Virus record (IMG/VR): IMGVR_UViG_3300044922_000479
Span: 1 to 61,782 of that record
Strand: one strand, 5' to 3'
Source of the DNA: a virus
Taxonomy: Duplodnaviria; Caudoviricetes
DNA: 61,782 bases
Shown here in pieces: positions 27,226 through 37,000 of the stretch (its first letter is position 1; every line of letters starts with the position of its first letter). Below the pieces are notes generated by a model. It was not told where the DNA came from. It worked only from the letters and a program-made list of their open reading frames with translations, and did no database searches. The position numbers were made by a program, and so were the translations under genes.

Positions 27226-28044
27226 TTGAACGACCTAATCATCAGCAACATCAACACGGCTTTAACCACTGTAAAGCCTGAGTACAACGTCATGTTGAGC
27301 AACATTGACGCTAAGATGCCAGCGGTGGTGCGTGACACCAGCAACTTCCACAAGAGCCATTCGCAGTTCATGCAGGTGACCTTGGACGTTACTGCCATCA
27401 CCCCAATCCGTAGCATAAAACATACACTTGCTGAAATTGATCGTACACGCGCCGCTTTGCAAGAAGCCTACATCAACATGCGTAAAAAGCAGGTTGAGAT
27501 GAAGAAGAAACAGGCCCAACTAGAAGCCTGCACTGACGCACTTGACCGTGAGTTGTTTGAGATTGAGATTCTTGAACTAGGCTCACACCTTGACGGCACA
27601 CAGAACGCAGTCAATGGCGCTATCCGCAAGATGAACTTCATGGTCAACCAACACGCCCAGTTGCTGGAAGCTGTTGGCAAGAACGAGATCACCGAAGAAG
27701 ACTACGAGAAGGAAGAGTCCCGCTATCACATCATGACCTGTATGAAGCAGGCTTTAAACGCGGCACGTTCACGCAGTGGCATGATTGACGAAGGCAACCT
27801 AATCTATTTGTTTGACTTGGGTATTAACGCCGCTCAAGCGCAGGCCGAGGTGTTTGCCTACCTGAACATGGAGAACCAGCTTATTTCCAACGGCAACGCA
27901 CCGACGCACGAGATGACCATGCGCTGGTTAGAAGCTTGTGCTGACAAGTGGGAGAAAGACCCTGAGACATTTGCCGCCCGCCGTGGCTTCTCTGTCTTTG
28001 ATCCTACGTCTTTGACCAACACACCGCAGTTGGAAAACAAATAA
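27226..28044 (+). CDS. Coiled-coil hypothetical protein
   Basis: AGGAG RBS with TTG start; 272 aa, predominantly helical. Confidence 0.8.
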   Translation: MNDLIISNINTALTTVKPEYNVMLSNIDAKMPAVVRDTSNFHKSHSQFMQVTLDVTAITPIRSIKHTLAEIDRTRAALQEAYINMRKKQVEMKKKQAQLEACTDALDRELFEIEILELGSHLDGTQNAVNGAIRKMNFMVNQHAQLLEAVGKNEITEEDYEKEESRYHIMTCMKQALNAARSRSGMIDEGNLIYLFDLGINAAQAQAEVFAYLNMENQLISNGNAPTHEMTMRWLEACADKWEKDPETFAARRGFSVFDPTSLTNTPQLENK

Positions 28045-28754
28045 TGCACCTAGTCGTCGGCACACCGTGTTTCGGGGGGATGATGTGTACTGAGTACACA
28101 GAGTCCCTGCTGGCGCTCAAGGAGGCCTGCTTGGTTAACAACATCAAGCTAACGTGCATATTCCTTGGGAACGAAAGCTTAGTGCAACGTGGCAGAAACA
28201 CCATCGCGCACCACTTCATGCAGATGCAGGATGCAACCCACCTAATCTTTATTGACGCTGACCAGAAGTTCGTGGCAAACGACATTGCCCGAATGATTAA
28301 GGCTGATAAAGGTATTGTGGGTGGGCCAGTCCCTATGAAGGGAATTAACTGGGATAGGGTTCGTCAGGGCGCTGTTTTGAACCATCCTGCCCTGCACAAG
28401 CTGACTGGCATTTTTAATTTAAACAAGCTGGACGGTCACGAGATGATTAGCTCAGACTTGCCGTTTCAGGTAAAGCATATTGGCACAGGATTTATGTTGA
28501 TCCGCCGGGATGTTTTTGAGAAACTACAGCCTCATGTGGGCTGGTATGACAACGGGGGTGTAACCATCCCCAAAGGCGAGAAGGTGTACGACTACTTCAA
28601 GGTACAGAACTACGACCACGAGCTTCTGTCTGAGGACTACAACTTCTGCCACCTGTACCGTGAGCATGGTGGAACCGTCTGGGCCGCACCTTGGTGCGAA
28701 CTCGGGCATTTTGGCGCATATTTATTTAGCGGGCAGTACGCCCAAGGAGCATGA
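28044..28754 (+). CDS. GT-A-fold glycosyltransferase-like protein
   Basis: ESLVQRGRN, THLIFIDAD (DxD), IGTGFMLIRR, LSEDYNFC, LGHFG. Confidence 0.8.
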   Translation: MHLVVGTPCFGGMMCTEYTESLLALKEACLVNNIKLTCIFLGNESLVQRGRNTIAHHFMQMQDATHLIFIDADQKFVANDIARMIKADKGIVGGPVPMKGINWDRVRQGAVLNHPALHKLTGIFNLNKLDGHEMISSDLPFQVKHIGTGFMLIRRDVFEKLQPHVGWYDNGGVTIPKGEKVYDYFKVQNYDHELLSEDYNFCHLYREHGGTVWAAPWCELGHFGAYLFSGQYAQGA

Positions 28755-29098
28755 AAATGGCACATCGCATGATGAAGTATCGTTTAGCCGCTGACGGCAC
28801 AGTCCCTACATTCCTCTGCCTACACGCTGAAGGCGTTGGTGGTGTGTTTGTGGTTGCTGACCCTAACACCCCTAGCCCCCGTGATATGGTCATGGTCGGC
28901 ATCTCTGAAACCGATGACATAGGTGATGCTGAAGCTATCGCAACTAAAGCTGATCTGTTGGCGTATTTGACAACAGTCGGTGCAAGCTGGACACAGCCTG
29001 ACCCAGCACAGCCCAACAATCCAGAAGCTACTATTCCTTTTGATCCTTCAGCCGCTGCTGACTGGGCATGGGGTCGCTTGGATGCACTGAACGCATAA
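28751..29098 (+). CDS. Hypothetical protein
   Basis: 115 aa, overlaps the upstream stop, AAGGAG RBS. Confidence 0.75.
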   Translation: MKMAHRMMKYRLAADGTVPTFLCLHAEGVGGVFVVADPNTPSPRDMVMVGISETDDIGDAEAIATKADLLAYLTTVGASWTQPDPAQPNNPEATIPFDPSAAADWAWGRLDALNA

Positions 29099-29100
29099 TC

Positions 29101-29193
29101 ATGTGGGACTGGGCTGAAGCATTTATTGCGGCGGCCTGTATAGTGGCCTTCGTCATCTATGGCACGTACATCATTGCATGGAGTATGGTGTGA
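29101..29193 (+). CDS. 30-aa single-TM peptide (not in the ORF track)
   Basis: MWDWAEAFIAAACIVAFVIYGTYIIAWSMV* fills the gap between its neighbours. Confidence 0.5.
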   Translation: MWDWAEAFIAAACIVAFVIYGTYIIAWSMV

Positions 29194-29196
29194 TAA

Positions 29197-29484
29197 ATGC
29201 GTTGGCTCATACTGTTACTGCTGTTGGGGCTAGTTGGAGCCGTAGCCAAGAACGGCTGTCATGTGCGCGAGTTCTGGTCAATTGCTTGGACAATCCACAA
29301 CCCGTCCGAGCGCCATCAGCAGATGTCTATGTGGCTAACAAACAATGCACAGCACTGTCGATCTCAAGATTATGTGGTGATGTGGAACAACTTGTCAGAG
29401 TGGGCTGGCGCGGCGGATTCGGCAGAACTCAGAACTAAAGTCATACATGGATACAAAGATGCACTTGAGCGAGAGAAGAAATGA
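29197..29484 (+). CDS. Secreted/periplasmic small protein
   Basis: Signal-peptide-like MRWLILLLLLGLVGAVA; two Cys. Confidence 0.7.
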   Translation: MRWLILLLLLGLVGAVAKNGCHVREFWSIAWTIHNPSERHQQMSMWLTNNAQHCRSQDYVVMWNNLSEWAGAADSAELRTKVIHGYKDALEREKK

Positions 29485-29720
29485 AGATCAGCTACGACAA
29501 GTGGTATCCGATTGTCCAGCCTCAAACCAATGTGCAGACAGAAGCGTTTGCAAAACGGGTGGAAAGGCTTGACGCTGAACGTGCTTTAAACACACAAATA
29601 GCGCAACAGGTAAAGAAGTTTCACCAGTACGAGTATGAGATTTATGAATACAGGATGCGGCAGATCACAATAAACATTGACATCACAAACCTTAAACGCG
29701 AGATTGACAAACTTGTATGA
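29481..29720 (+). CDS. Hypothetical protein
   Basis: ATGA overlaps on both sides. Confidence 0.65.
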   Translation: MKISYDKWYPIVQPQTNVQTEAFAKRVERLDAERALNTQIAQQVKKFHQYEYEIYEYRMRQITINIDITNLKREIDKLV

Positions 29721-29998
29721 CCAGAAAGCCGATACCCAGACCGGTCAAGAAACCTCAGATAGAAACAAAGGAGAAGCTGACGCTGTGGGTCACCCTCATG
29801 GTAAGCACAACCCTATGTATCTCCGTGTTGGCAATGGTGGTCAGCTTTATGTTGGGTCTGTGGGCCAAGGAAGTGGACAACGCCGAGATTTTCAAGATGA
29901 TTTCACCCGCTTTTTCTACTCTTATCGGCGGCATGATTGGGTTCCTGTCTGGTATCAAACTCATGCAGAATGATGAGAAATCTAAATGTAAGGACTAA
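29717..29998 (+). CDS. Two-TM membrane protein (holin/antiholin candidate)
   Basis: Two hydrophobic helices, charged termini, next to lysis genes. Confidence 0.65.
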   Translation: MTRKPIPRPVKKPQIETKEKLTLWVTLMVSTTLCISVLAMVVSFMLGLWAKEVDNAEIFKMISPAFSTLIGGMIGFLSGIKLMQNDEKSKCKD

Positions 29999-30000
29999 CG

Positions 30001-30504
30001 ATGCTTTCACTCATATCAACCCTTGGCGGCCTGCTCATATCAGGCTTACCAAAGCTTCTAGACTTCTTCCAAAACAAGGCAGATCAGAAGCATGAGTTGG
30101 CGCTTGCCCGTGTCCAGATGGAGCTACAGCTTCAGATGCTGGCTCAAGGCTATGCGGCCCAAGCCCAGATAGAAGAGATTCGCACCGACCAGATTGCTAT
30201 GGAAACAGACGCACAGATGACTGTAGCGGCCTACGACCACGACAAGAAAATCATGGAAGAAGCCAGCCGCTGGGTGGTCAACTTTGTAGGGACTGTGCGC
30301 CCGATGGTCACTTACATCTTTGTTTTGGAACTCTGCGCTATCAATGCTTGGATGGCTTATTACATTTACAGCCGTCCCGCTTTGGTTACAAGCATGGATG
30401 ACTTGGTTCGTTTGACTGATATTCTGTTCAGCACTGACGAAATGGCAATGCTTGGAGGCATCATTGGCTTCTGGTTTGGCTCACGTAGCTGGAGCAAGAA
30501 ATGA
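30001..30504 (+). CDS. Holin, 3TM GTA-type (putative)
   Basis: DQKHELAL, WVVNFVGTVRP, IIGFWFGSR; directly upstream of the lysozyme. Confidence 0.75.
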   Translation: MLSLISTLGGLLISGLPKLLDFFQNKADQKHELALARVQMELQLQMLAQGYAAQAQIEEIRTDQIAMETDAQMTVAAYDHDKKIMEEASRWVVNFVGTVRPMVTYIFVLELCAINAWMAYYIYSRPALVTSMDDLVRLTDILFSTDEMAMLGGIIGFWFGSRSWSKK

Positions 30505-31007
30505 AACTGGGCAAAGCTGGCGCTGATTTGATGCACCAGTGGGAGGGGTATCGCACTAAGCCGTACCTTTGCCCGGCCCATATCTGGACAATTGGCTATG
30601 GTCATGTGCTGTACCAAGACCAGATTCGCCTACCCGTAGTCAGAGTAGAGGGTAAAGACACCCCCATGATTCGTAAAGAGATGCCATTAAAGCCGGAGGA
30701 CAACCGTGTCTGGACTAAAGAAGAGATCGAGAAACTATTCACAGATGATGTCGTCCCTACTGAACGTGGTGTTCTACGACTTGCTCCCGCTTTATCTGGT
30801 CGTCAAGGCGCTTTTGACGCGTGTGTCAGCTTTGCCTTCAACGCCGGAGTGGGGGCTTTTCAGCGCTCTTCTATTCGGATGAAAATAAACCGTGGTGATT
30901 GGGAAGGCGCAGCCGATGCGCTCTTGCTGTATTGCATGGCTGGTGGCAAAATACTACTAGGGCTAAAAAAGCGCAGGGACGCTGAAAAAGCACTGTTTTT
31001 ATCCTAG
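30501..31007 (+). CDS. Endolysin, GH24 lysozyme
   Basis: EGYRTKPYLCPAHIWTIGYGH (E..C..T triad), FDACVSFAFNAG, GLKKRRDAE. Confidence 0.93.
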   Translation: MKLGKAGADLMHQWEGYRTKPYLCPAHIWTIGYGHVLYQDQIRLPVVRVEGKDTPMIRKEMPLKPEDNRVWTKEEIEKLFTDDVVPTERGVLRLAPALSGRQGAFDACVSFAFNAGVGAFQRSSIRMKINRGDWEGAADALLLYCMAGGKILLGLKKRRDAEKALFLS

Positions 31008-31015
31008 GACAACCG

Positions 31016-33118
31016 ATGCCATTACAAAAAATTCTTCTGAAGCCGGGCGTCAACCGGGAGAATACTCGTTACACAAACGAGGGCGGGTGGTATCAGTCCG
31101 ACAAAGTACGTTTCCGTCAAGGCACGCCTGAAAAGATTGGTGGCTGGGCACGTATATCTGTTTCTAGCTTCTTGGGTGTCTGCCGTTCTTTGTGGAACTG
31201 GATCACGCTTGCCAACCTTAACCTGTTGGGCGTAGGTACGAACCTCAAGTTTTACCTTGAAAACGGCGGTAACTATTACGACATCACCCCTATTCGGGCG
31301 GCTGCTGTACTTAGCAATCCATTTACGACTGTAAACTTAAGCACTACCGTTACTGTAACGGATGTAGCCCATGGCGCAGTTACTGGAGATTTTGTAACGT
31401 TTAGCAACGTGGCAACGGTTGGTGGTTTGGATTTAAACAACCAATATCAACTCACTGTCATTGATGCTGACACATATACGATCACGACTTCCGCAGCAAC
31501 ATCAGGAGCCACGGGCGGCGGTACAACTGTTCAAGCTGTCTATCAAATTAACACCGGTTTAGCTGCCGAAGTCCCATTGACAGGCTGGGGCGCAGGCGCG
31601 TGGAACGCGGGCAGTTGGGGCTTTGGTGGAACATCTACCGCTGCTCTTCGCTTATGGAGCCAGAGCAACTTTGGTGAAGACTTAATTCTGGGCTTTCGCG
31701 GTGGTCCTTTGTACTATTGGGATGCCTCGTTTGGCTTGGCCCCCGCATCTTTCACCGTGACAATTGCTTCCCCCGCCGTTGTAACATCCACCGTAAGCCT
31801 GCTAGATAACACCCCTGTTATTTTGACCAACACCGGATATCCTTCTGCGCTGCCCACGGGTCTGGTAGTAGGTACAACGTATTACGTAAAAAGCTCTACT
31901 GGAACAACTTTTAATTTATCTGCTACGCCCGGTGGTGCAGCCATTACCACAACAGGAACCCAGTCTGGGACTCATTACATTCTTCCAAATGCTATTCCTG
32001 TAACATCTTTGGCTGGCGCGTCAGATGTTCCATTGATGCAAAACTTATTGTTTGTGTCGGATGTCAGCCGATTTGTGTTTTGCTTTGGTACAAATGATCC
32101 ACTTTCCGCAACCCCCTCAACACAGGACCCCATGCTTATCCGCTGGTCGGATCAAGAGTCTGTAGTGGATTGGACCCCAACGGCTACAAACCAAGCCGGC
32201 AGTGTGCGCTTGTCGCACGGCACGCAAATCATTACAGCTATTCAAACCCGTCAGGAAATTGTCGTTTGGACGGATTCCACCGTGTATTCACTGCAGTACC
32301 TTGGTCCTCCTTTTGTATGGGGCGTTCAGTTGTTGGGAGACAACATCTCGATCCTTGGTCAAAACGCCGTGGCCCAAGCGTCTGGTGTGGTGTACTGGAT
32401 GGGAACGGACAAGTTCTATTCCTACGATGGTCGTATCAATACATTGAATTGCGACTTACGTAAATATGTCTACCAAGATATTAATTTACAGCAAAATCAA
32501 CAATGTTTTGCTGGGACCAACGAAGGTTTTAACGAAGTCTGGTGGTTCTATTGCTCTGCAAATAGCACGGAAATTGATAGGTACGTCATATATAACTACC
32601 TTGAAAACACATGGTATTACGGCACAATGAACCGCACTGCATGGTTGGACTCTGGACTAAGGGATTACCCTATTGCTGCTAATCCACTAACAGTTACGAC
32701 AAGTAATATTGTTAATCATGAATTTGGCAACGACGACAATGCTACGGGCACGCCGGTTGCAATTGATGCGTATATTTCATCAGCGGAGTTTGATATTGGG
32801 GATGGTAATAACTTTGCTTTTGTTTGGCGCATGTTGCCTGATTTAAGCTTCTCGGGTTCTGATGCGAGTCCTACGCCGCAGCTTACGATGACGCTTTATC
32901 CAATGCAAAACTCGGGGTCCGGCACAGGAACTCCTGTTGCTGCAAACGTCGATAAACTGACAGGCGCGCAGTATGTAATTACTGAAGGCTTTACTGGTCA
33001 GGTGTATACACGAGTGCGCGGCCGTCAGATGATTTTAAAAGTGGGCTCTAACCAGCTTGGCACATCATGGCAGCTTGGTGCAACGCGTATTGATATCCGT
33101 CAGGATGGCAGACGATGA
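31016..33118 (+). CDS. Tail nozzle / DNA-stabilisation protein (P22 gp10 or tail tubular B-like)
   Basis: KVRFRQGTPEKIGGW, IRWSDQE, PTATNQAG, EVWWFY, C-terminal RVRGRQ...DGRR. Confidence 0.78.
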   Translation: MPLQKILLKPGVNRENTRYTNEGGWYQSDKVRFRQGTPEKIGGWARISVSSFLGVCRSLWNWITLANLNLLGVGTNLKFYLENGGNYYDITPIRAAAVLSNPFTTVNLSTTVTVTDVAHGAVTGDFVTFSNVATVGGLDLNNQYQLTVIDADTYTITTSAATSGATGGGTTVQAVYQINTGLAAEVPLTGWGAGAWNAGSWGFGGTSTAALRLWSQSNFGEDLILGFRGGPLYYWDASFGLAPASFTVTIASPAVVTSTVSLLDNTPVILTNTGYPSALPTGLVVGTTYYVKSSTGTTFNLSATPGGAAITTTGTQSGTHYILPNAIPVTSLAGASDVPLMQNLLFVSDVSRFVFCFGTNDPLSATPSTQDPMLIRWSDQESVVDWTPTATNQAGSVRLSHGTQIITAIQTRQEIVVWTDSTVYSLQYLGPPFVWGVQLLGDNISILGQNAVAQASGVVYWMGTDKFYSYDGRINTLNCDLRKYVYQDINLQQNQQCFAGTNEGFNEVWWFYCSANSTEIDRYVIYNYLENTWYYGTMNRTAWLDSGLRDYPIAANPLTVTTSNIVNHEFGNDDNATGTPVAIDAYISSAEFDIGDGNNFAFVWRMLPDLSFSGSDASPTPQLTMTLYPMQNSGSGTGTPVAANVDKLTGAQYVITEGFTGQVYTRVRGRQMILKVGSNQLGTSWQLGATRIDIRQDGRR

Positions 33119-33978
33119 GTTATATCATTACGTCTGAATCAGAGCTTAGCCGGATTGCGGCCCCTAGTTTGCCGTTGGCTACGCCGCAATACAGCCAACA
33201 ATACATTGACCAACTAAACAATGTCCTGCGTTTATATTTTAACCGGCTGGATAACTTCCTGTCGCAGCTAAATACTTCATCTGGCGGTGCTGGGATACGT
33301 TTGCCGTATGGAGCATTTCAAGACACGGCTTACACCACGCTCAATGGCGGGATTAACAACTCAGTCACTACAATTACTGTGGTCAGCACTGCAGGATTCC
33401 CAACGGCTGGAGAGGTTCGTATTGCGTCTGAAGTCATTACATACACAGGTACAACACCCACAACCTTTACAGGATGTACCCGTGGCGCAAGAGGTTCAGC
33501 TAACGTAGCACATTCCACTGGCGTAGCAGTAACTAAGATTCAGTCACCTGTAGCAAACACCGCAGTGCCGATGTACCTAAATACAACGGATTTTAGTAAT
33601 ACCGTAAGTATTGTAGACACCACTAAGATCACAGCGGTCAACGCGGGTATCTACAATCTGCAATGGTCAGGCCAGTTCAATAACTCAGATACGGCTGAAC
33701 ATGACCTTTCGGTTTGGCTTCGTATTAACGGTACAGATGTTGTTGGGTCTACTGGTTTTGTAGCGGTCATAGGCAGTCACGGCGGTATTGACGGGCACAG
33801 TATTGTTGGCTGGAACTACTACATTCAACTAAACGCAGGGCAGTACGTAGAGATTTGGTGGTCTACAACTAACGAAAAGCTAACGCTTGAATGCTATGGC
33901 CCACAAACCGGCCCAACTCGCCCATCAACTGCTTCTGTCGTAGCTACACTTTCATTTGTGTCGGCGTTGCCAACGTAA
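33115..33978 (+). CDS. Tail-associated protein with C-terminal beta-sandwich
   Basis: APSLP..P.Y..QY..QLNNVLRLYFN, PYGAF, GIYNLQWS, VWLRING, YVEIWW. Confidence 0.7.
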   Translation: MSYIITSESELSRIAAPSLPLATPQYSQQYIDQLNNVLRLYFNRLDNFLSQLNTSSGGAGIRLPYGAFQDTAYTTLNGGINNSVTTITVVSTAGFPTAGEVRIASEVITYTGTTPTTFTGCTRGARGSANVAHSTGVAVTKIQSPVANTAVPMYLNTTDFSNTVSIVDTTKITAVNAGIYNLQWSGQFNNSDTAEHDLSVWLRINGTDVVGSTGFVAVIGSHGGIDGHSIVGWNYYIQLNAGQYVEIWWSTTNEKLTLECYGPQTGPTRPSTASVVATLSFVSALPT

Positions 33979-34014
33979 TACAATCAAACAAACCTTTTCC
34001 CCCAAGGAATCAAC

Positions 34015-37000
34015 ATGGCCACAGCACCTCAAGCCGCAATGGAAATGCCCCAAGAAGCAGGCGCAAATCCCTTTGCTGACCCCAATACGATGGCGGTCTA
34101 TGATCAGATGCGTCAAACCGTGTCTCCAAAGGAGTTCGGCGACCAGATGTTGGAAGGTGCTGCGCAGACTGCTCCTGAGGAAGTTGCTGCGTTCAGGTCT
34201 GCGTTAGAACAAATTGAGATGCCTCCAGAGGCGCTTGACTTGCTCAACAACATGGTTGATGAGATTCTGGCCAACCCAGAGCAATATGACCAGATCCGTG
34301 CCAAGTACAAAGAGATGGGCGCGCCTGACGAAATCTTGCCAGAGCAGTTTGACCCCCAGTTCTTCTCTGCATTGAACATGGCCGTGGACCAGATGATTGG
34401 CGCGCCTAGCGGTGAGCAAGCGTTTGCCAAAGGCGGTATTGCTGAGCTATCTCCCGTATCCAAAGCTATTGCCGGCTATGGCCGCAACGGCGACACCATG
34501 CTTGCCCACATTACGCCTGCCGAAGCGCGCATGCTGCGTCGCAAGGGCGGTAGCGGCACAATCAACCCTAAGACAGGCCTACCAGAGTTTTTTAATTTGT
34601 TTAAAGAAATTGGTAATGCATTTAAGGCAGTTGGTAAAGCTGTCAAGAGTTTTGCAAGCAGCACCGTGGGCCGTATTGTTACAACCGTTGCCCTCGGTTT
34701 CTTCTTAGGCCCTGCCGCAGCTAGTTTCATGGGTGTAACCTCTGCTGCCGGTGTTGCTGCCGTAAGCGGTTTTGTCGGTAGCGCAGGCGCTACATTGGCT
34801 GGTGGTGGCAATCTTAGCCAAGCTTTGAAAGCAGGTGCAGTTGGTGGTTTAACTGCTGGTGTAACGGCAGGTGCGACGGGTGCTTTTAGCGGCACAGACG
34901 CTTTTGCTTCTGGCAGCTATTCTGGCGCAGGCTTGACACCTATGGAGGCATTGCAGGGCCAAGCGGACAAGTTTACTGGGATGTTTAAGTCCCCTCCTTT
35001 CCCGCAGTACACGGCTCAGGGGGCATTGACAGATAACATTACGACAAACGCAACCCGCGACGCATATGCTGGGGAGTTATATAAGACCAACCCTGAGGCG
35101 TTTTACAATCCCCCTGCAGAGCCCACTATTGCAGGGGATTCAATTGCGGCTAAAAAAGTGACATTGGGCGGCGGCCCTGTCACCCAATCAGTGACTCCCG
35201 GCGGCGCAACGGTTACTCAGAACGCTACAGGGTTTGACTACACTGAAAACAACCCATTACTTACGCCAGAACAACGGACCGCGGGCCTTAGTGCTGACCC
35301 TACGCGAACTTTTGGTGCAGCCCCCTCTGCCAGTGCAACTACTGCTGCAACAGGGAACACAATTGCGCCACCTATTCAGCAGACTCCTACAATTGGGACG
35401 GGCCCATACAATACCCCCGGCGTATTAGATTCAGCATCACAAGCCGGCAAAGGTATTTTGCAGATGCTGCCCGGCACAGAAGGTACGTTCTCAGAGGGTT
35501 ATGAGAACTTTACAAAAGGTGCAGGCAACTTGCTCAGTCCCGGCCCTTCGTCCGCGGAAGTTACTGCACGTGCCAAGGACATCTTGGGCTCAGATACCAC
35601 AGGGAAAATGACCTATGCGGATGCTTTAAAGGCAGCCAAGACAGAGGGCCCCGGTTTCTTGCGCTCTTATGGCCCTGCTACGGCTTTAGGTATTGGCGCA
35701 ATCGGTGCTTTTGGCGGCTTTAGCCCCTCTAAAGTGCCTGAGTCCAGCATGCGTAAAACCTTGATGGGGGGCCCCGGATCAGCACAAGACTTGCTGAAGA
35801 ACGATCCTAGCCGCTTCTACATCCAAGGGTTGCCCGGCGTGCAGTATTACAGCGGTTCTGTGATGAAGCCGCCCGGCATGGCCACAGGTGGTGAAGTACA
35901 GCATTTTGCTGATGGTGGCGTTTCTGATCAAGTTGTTGCTGATTGGTGGGCAGAAAACAGCGGCAAAGGTTATTCTGACGCTTACATCGCTGATTTGATG
36001 GATGAATTCAGCGTAACTCCAGAGCAGTTTGCTCGCTCTATTGGCGCAAACGAAGCGACTGCTGCAGATATTGCAGATCGCTACACCGCTGTTCCCGAGA
36101 ACATTACGTTCCGTGACGACAGCGGATACGACTCACAGACCATTGACGCTGTCAGGCAAGCGGATGGTACCTACCTTGGCAACAATGGTCAGGTATACGA
36201 CAGCGGTGGCACTCCCATAACTCCCGGAACAGGGGGCGGAGGCACTACCGTTGTTACAGATGGCGGTGGCGGTGGCGGTGGCGGTGGCGGAACAACCCGT
36301 TCTGCTGCAGACCAAGCCATTTGGAACTATTTTGCAAACAACACAAGTTTGACGGATGAGCAAATCGTCGGTGCAATTAAGTCAAACAATTGGACGTTAG
36401 AAGACATTGCGCGGGTCACCGGAACACCTGACCGTCTGTATGAGTACTACCAACGATTTGGAAGAGTGGGGTCTACGACAAGCACTAGCACTAGCACTAG
36501 CACTAGCACCAATACGAGCATTATTAGAACCACTAACACCAGCACTTCAACTAGTACAAGTACAAGCACAGGGGTAAAGACAGGGACAAGCACCGGAACA
36601 GGAACATTAACTTCCATCTCTGCGCCTTGGTTCATTAACCCACAGACCTTTGCTCAAGGTACTGCAGGCGTTACTGTTCCTTCGTCTACGCTACGTCCTG
36701 CCGGCCTTCCAACAGATGCTACATCTCGTGCCATTCAAGGCGATCTGCTAGCAGCCGGGCCTACTGCTTCTGATGCAAGAATGCAGCAATTCATGGATAC
36801 ACAAGGGTACGATCCCCGCCAAGTTGCGTATGCCATAAACGCCGGCGTTCCAGAGATTCAAAACCGCTACTATGCGGCTAAAAACGCAGGCATTTTGGGC
36901 GCTGCAGCACCTGCAACAACTACCTTAAACCAGCCTTACAATACCACGGCAGGTATCACACAATTGCTGTCACCTACGGGTCCTTTGGGCGAGTTCAGCA

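Noticed and set aside
29197-29484. o-spanin lipoprotein
   Set aside because: The Cys context (AKNGC) is not a canonical lipobox and no i-spanin partner is evident.
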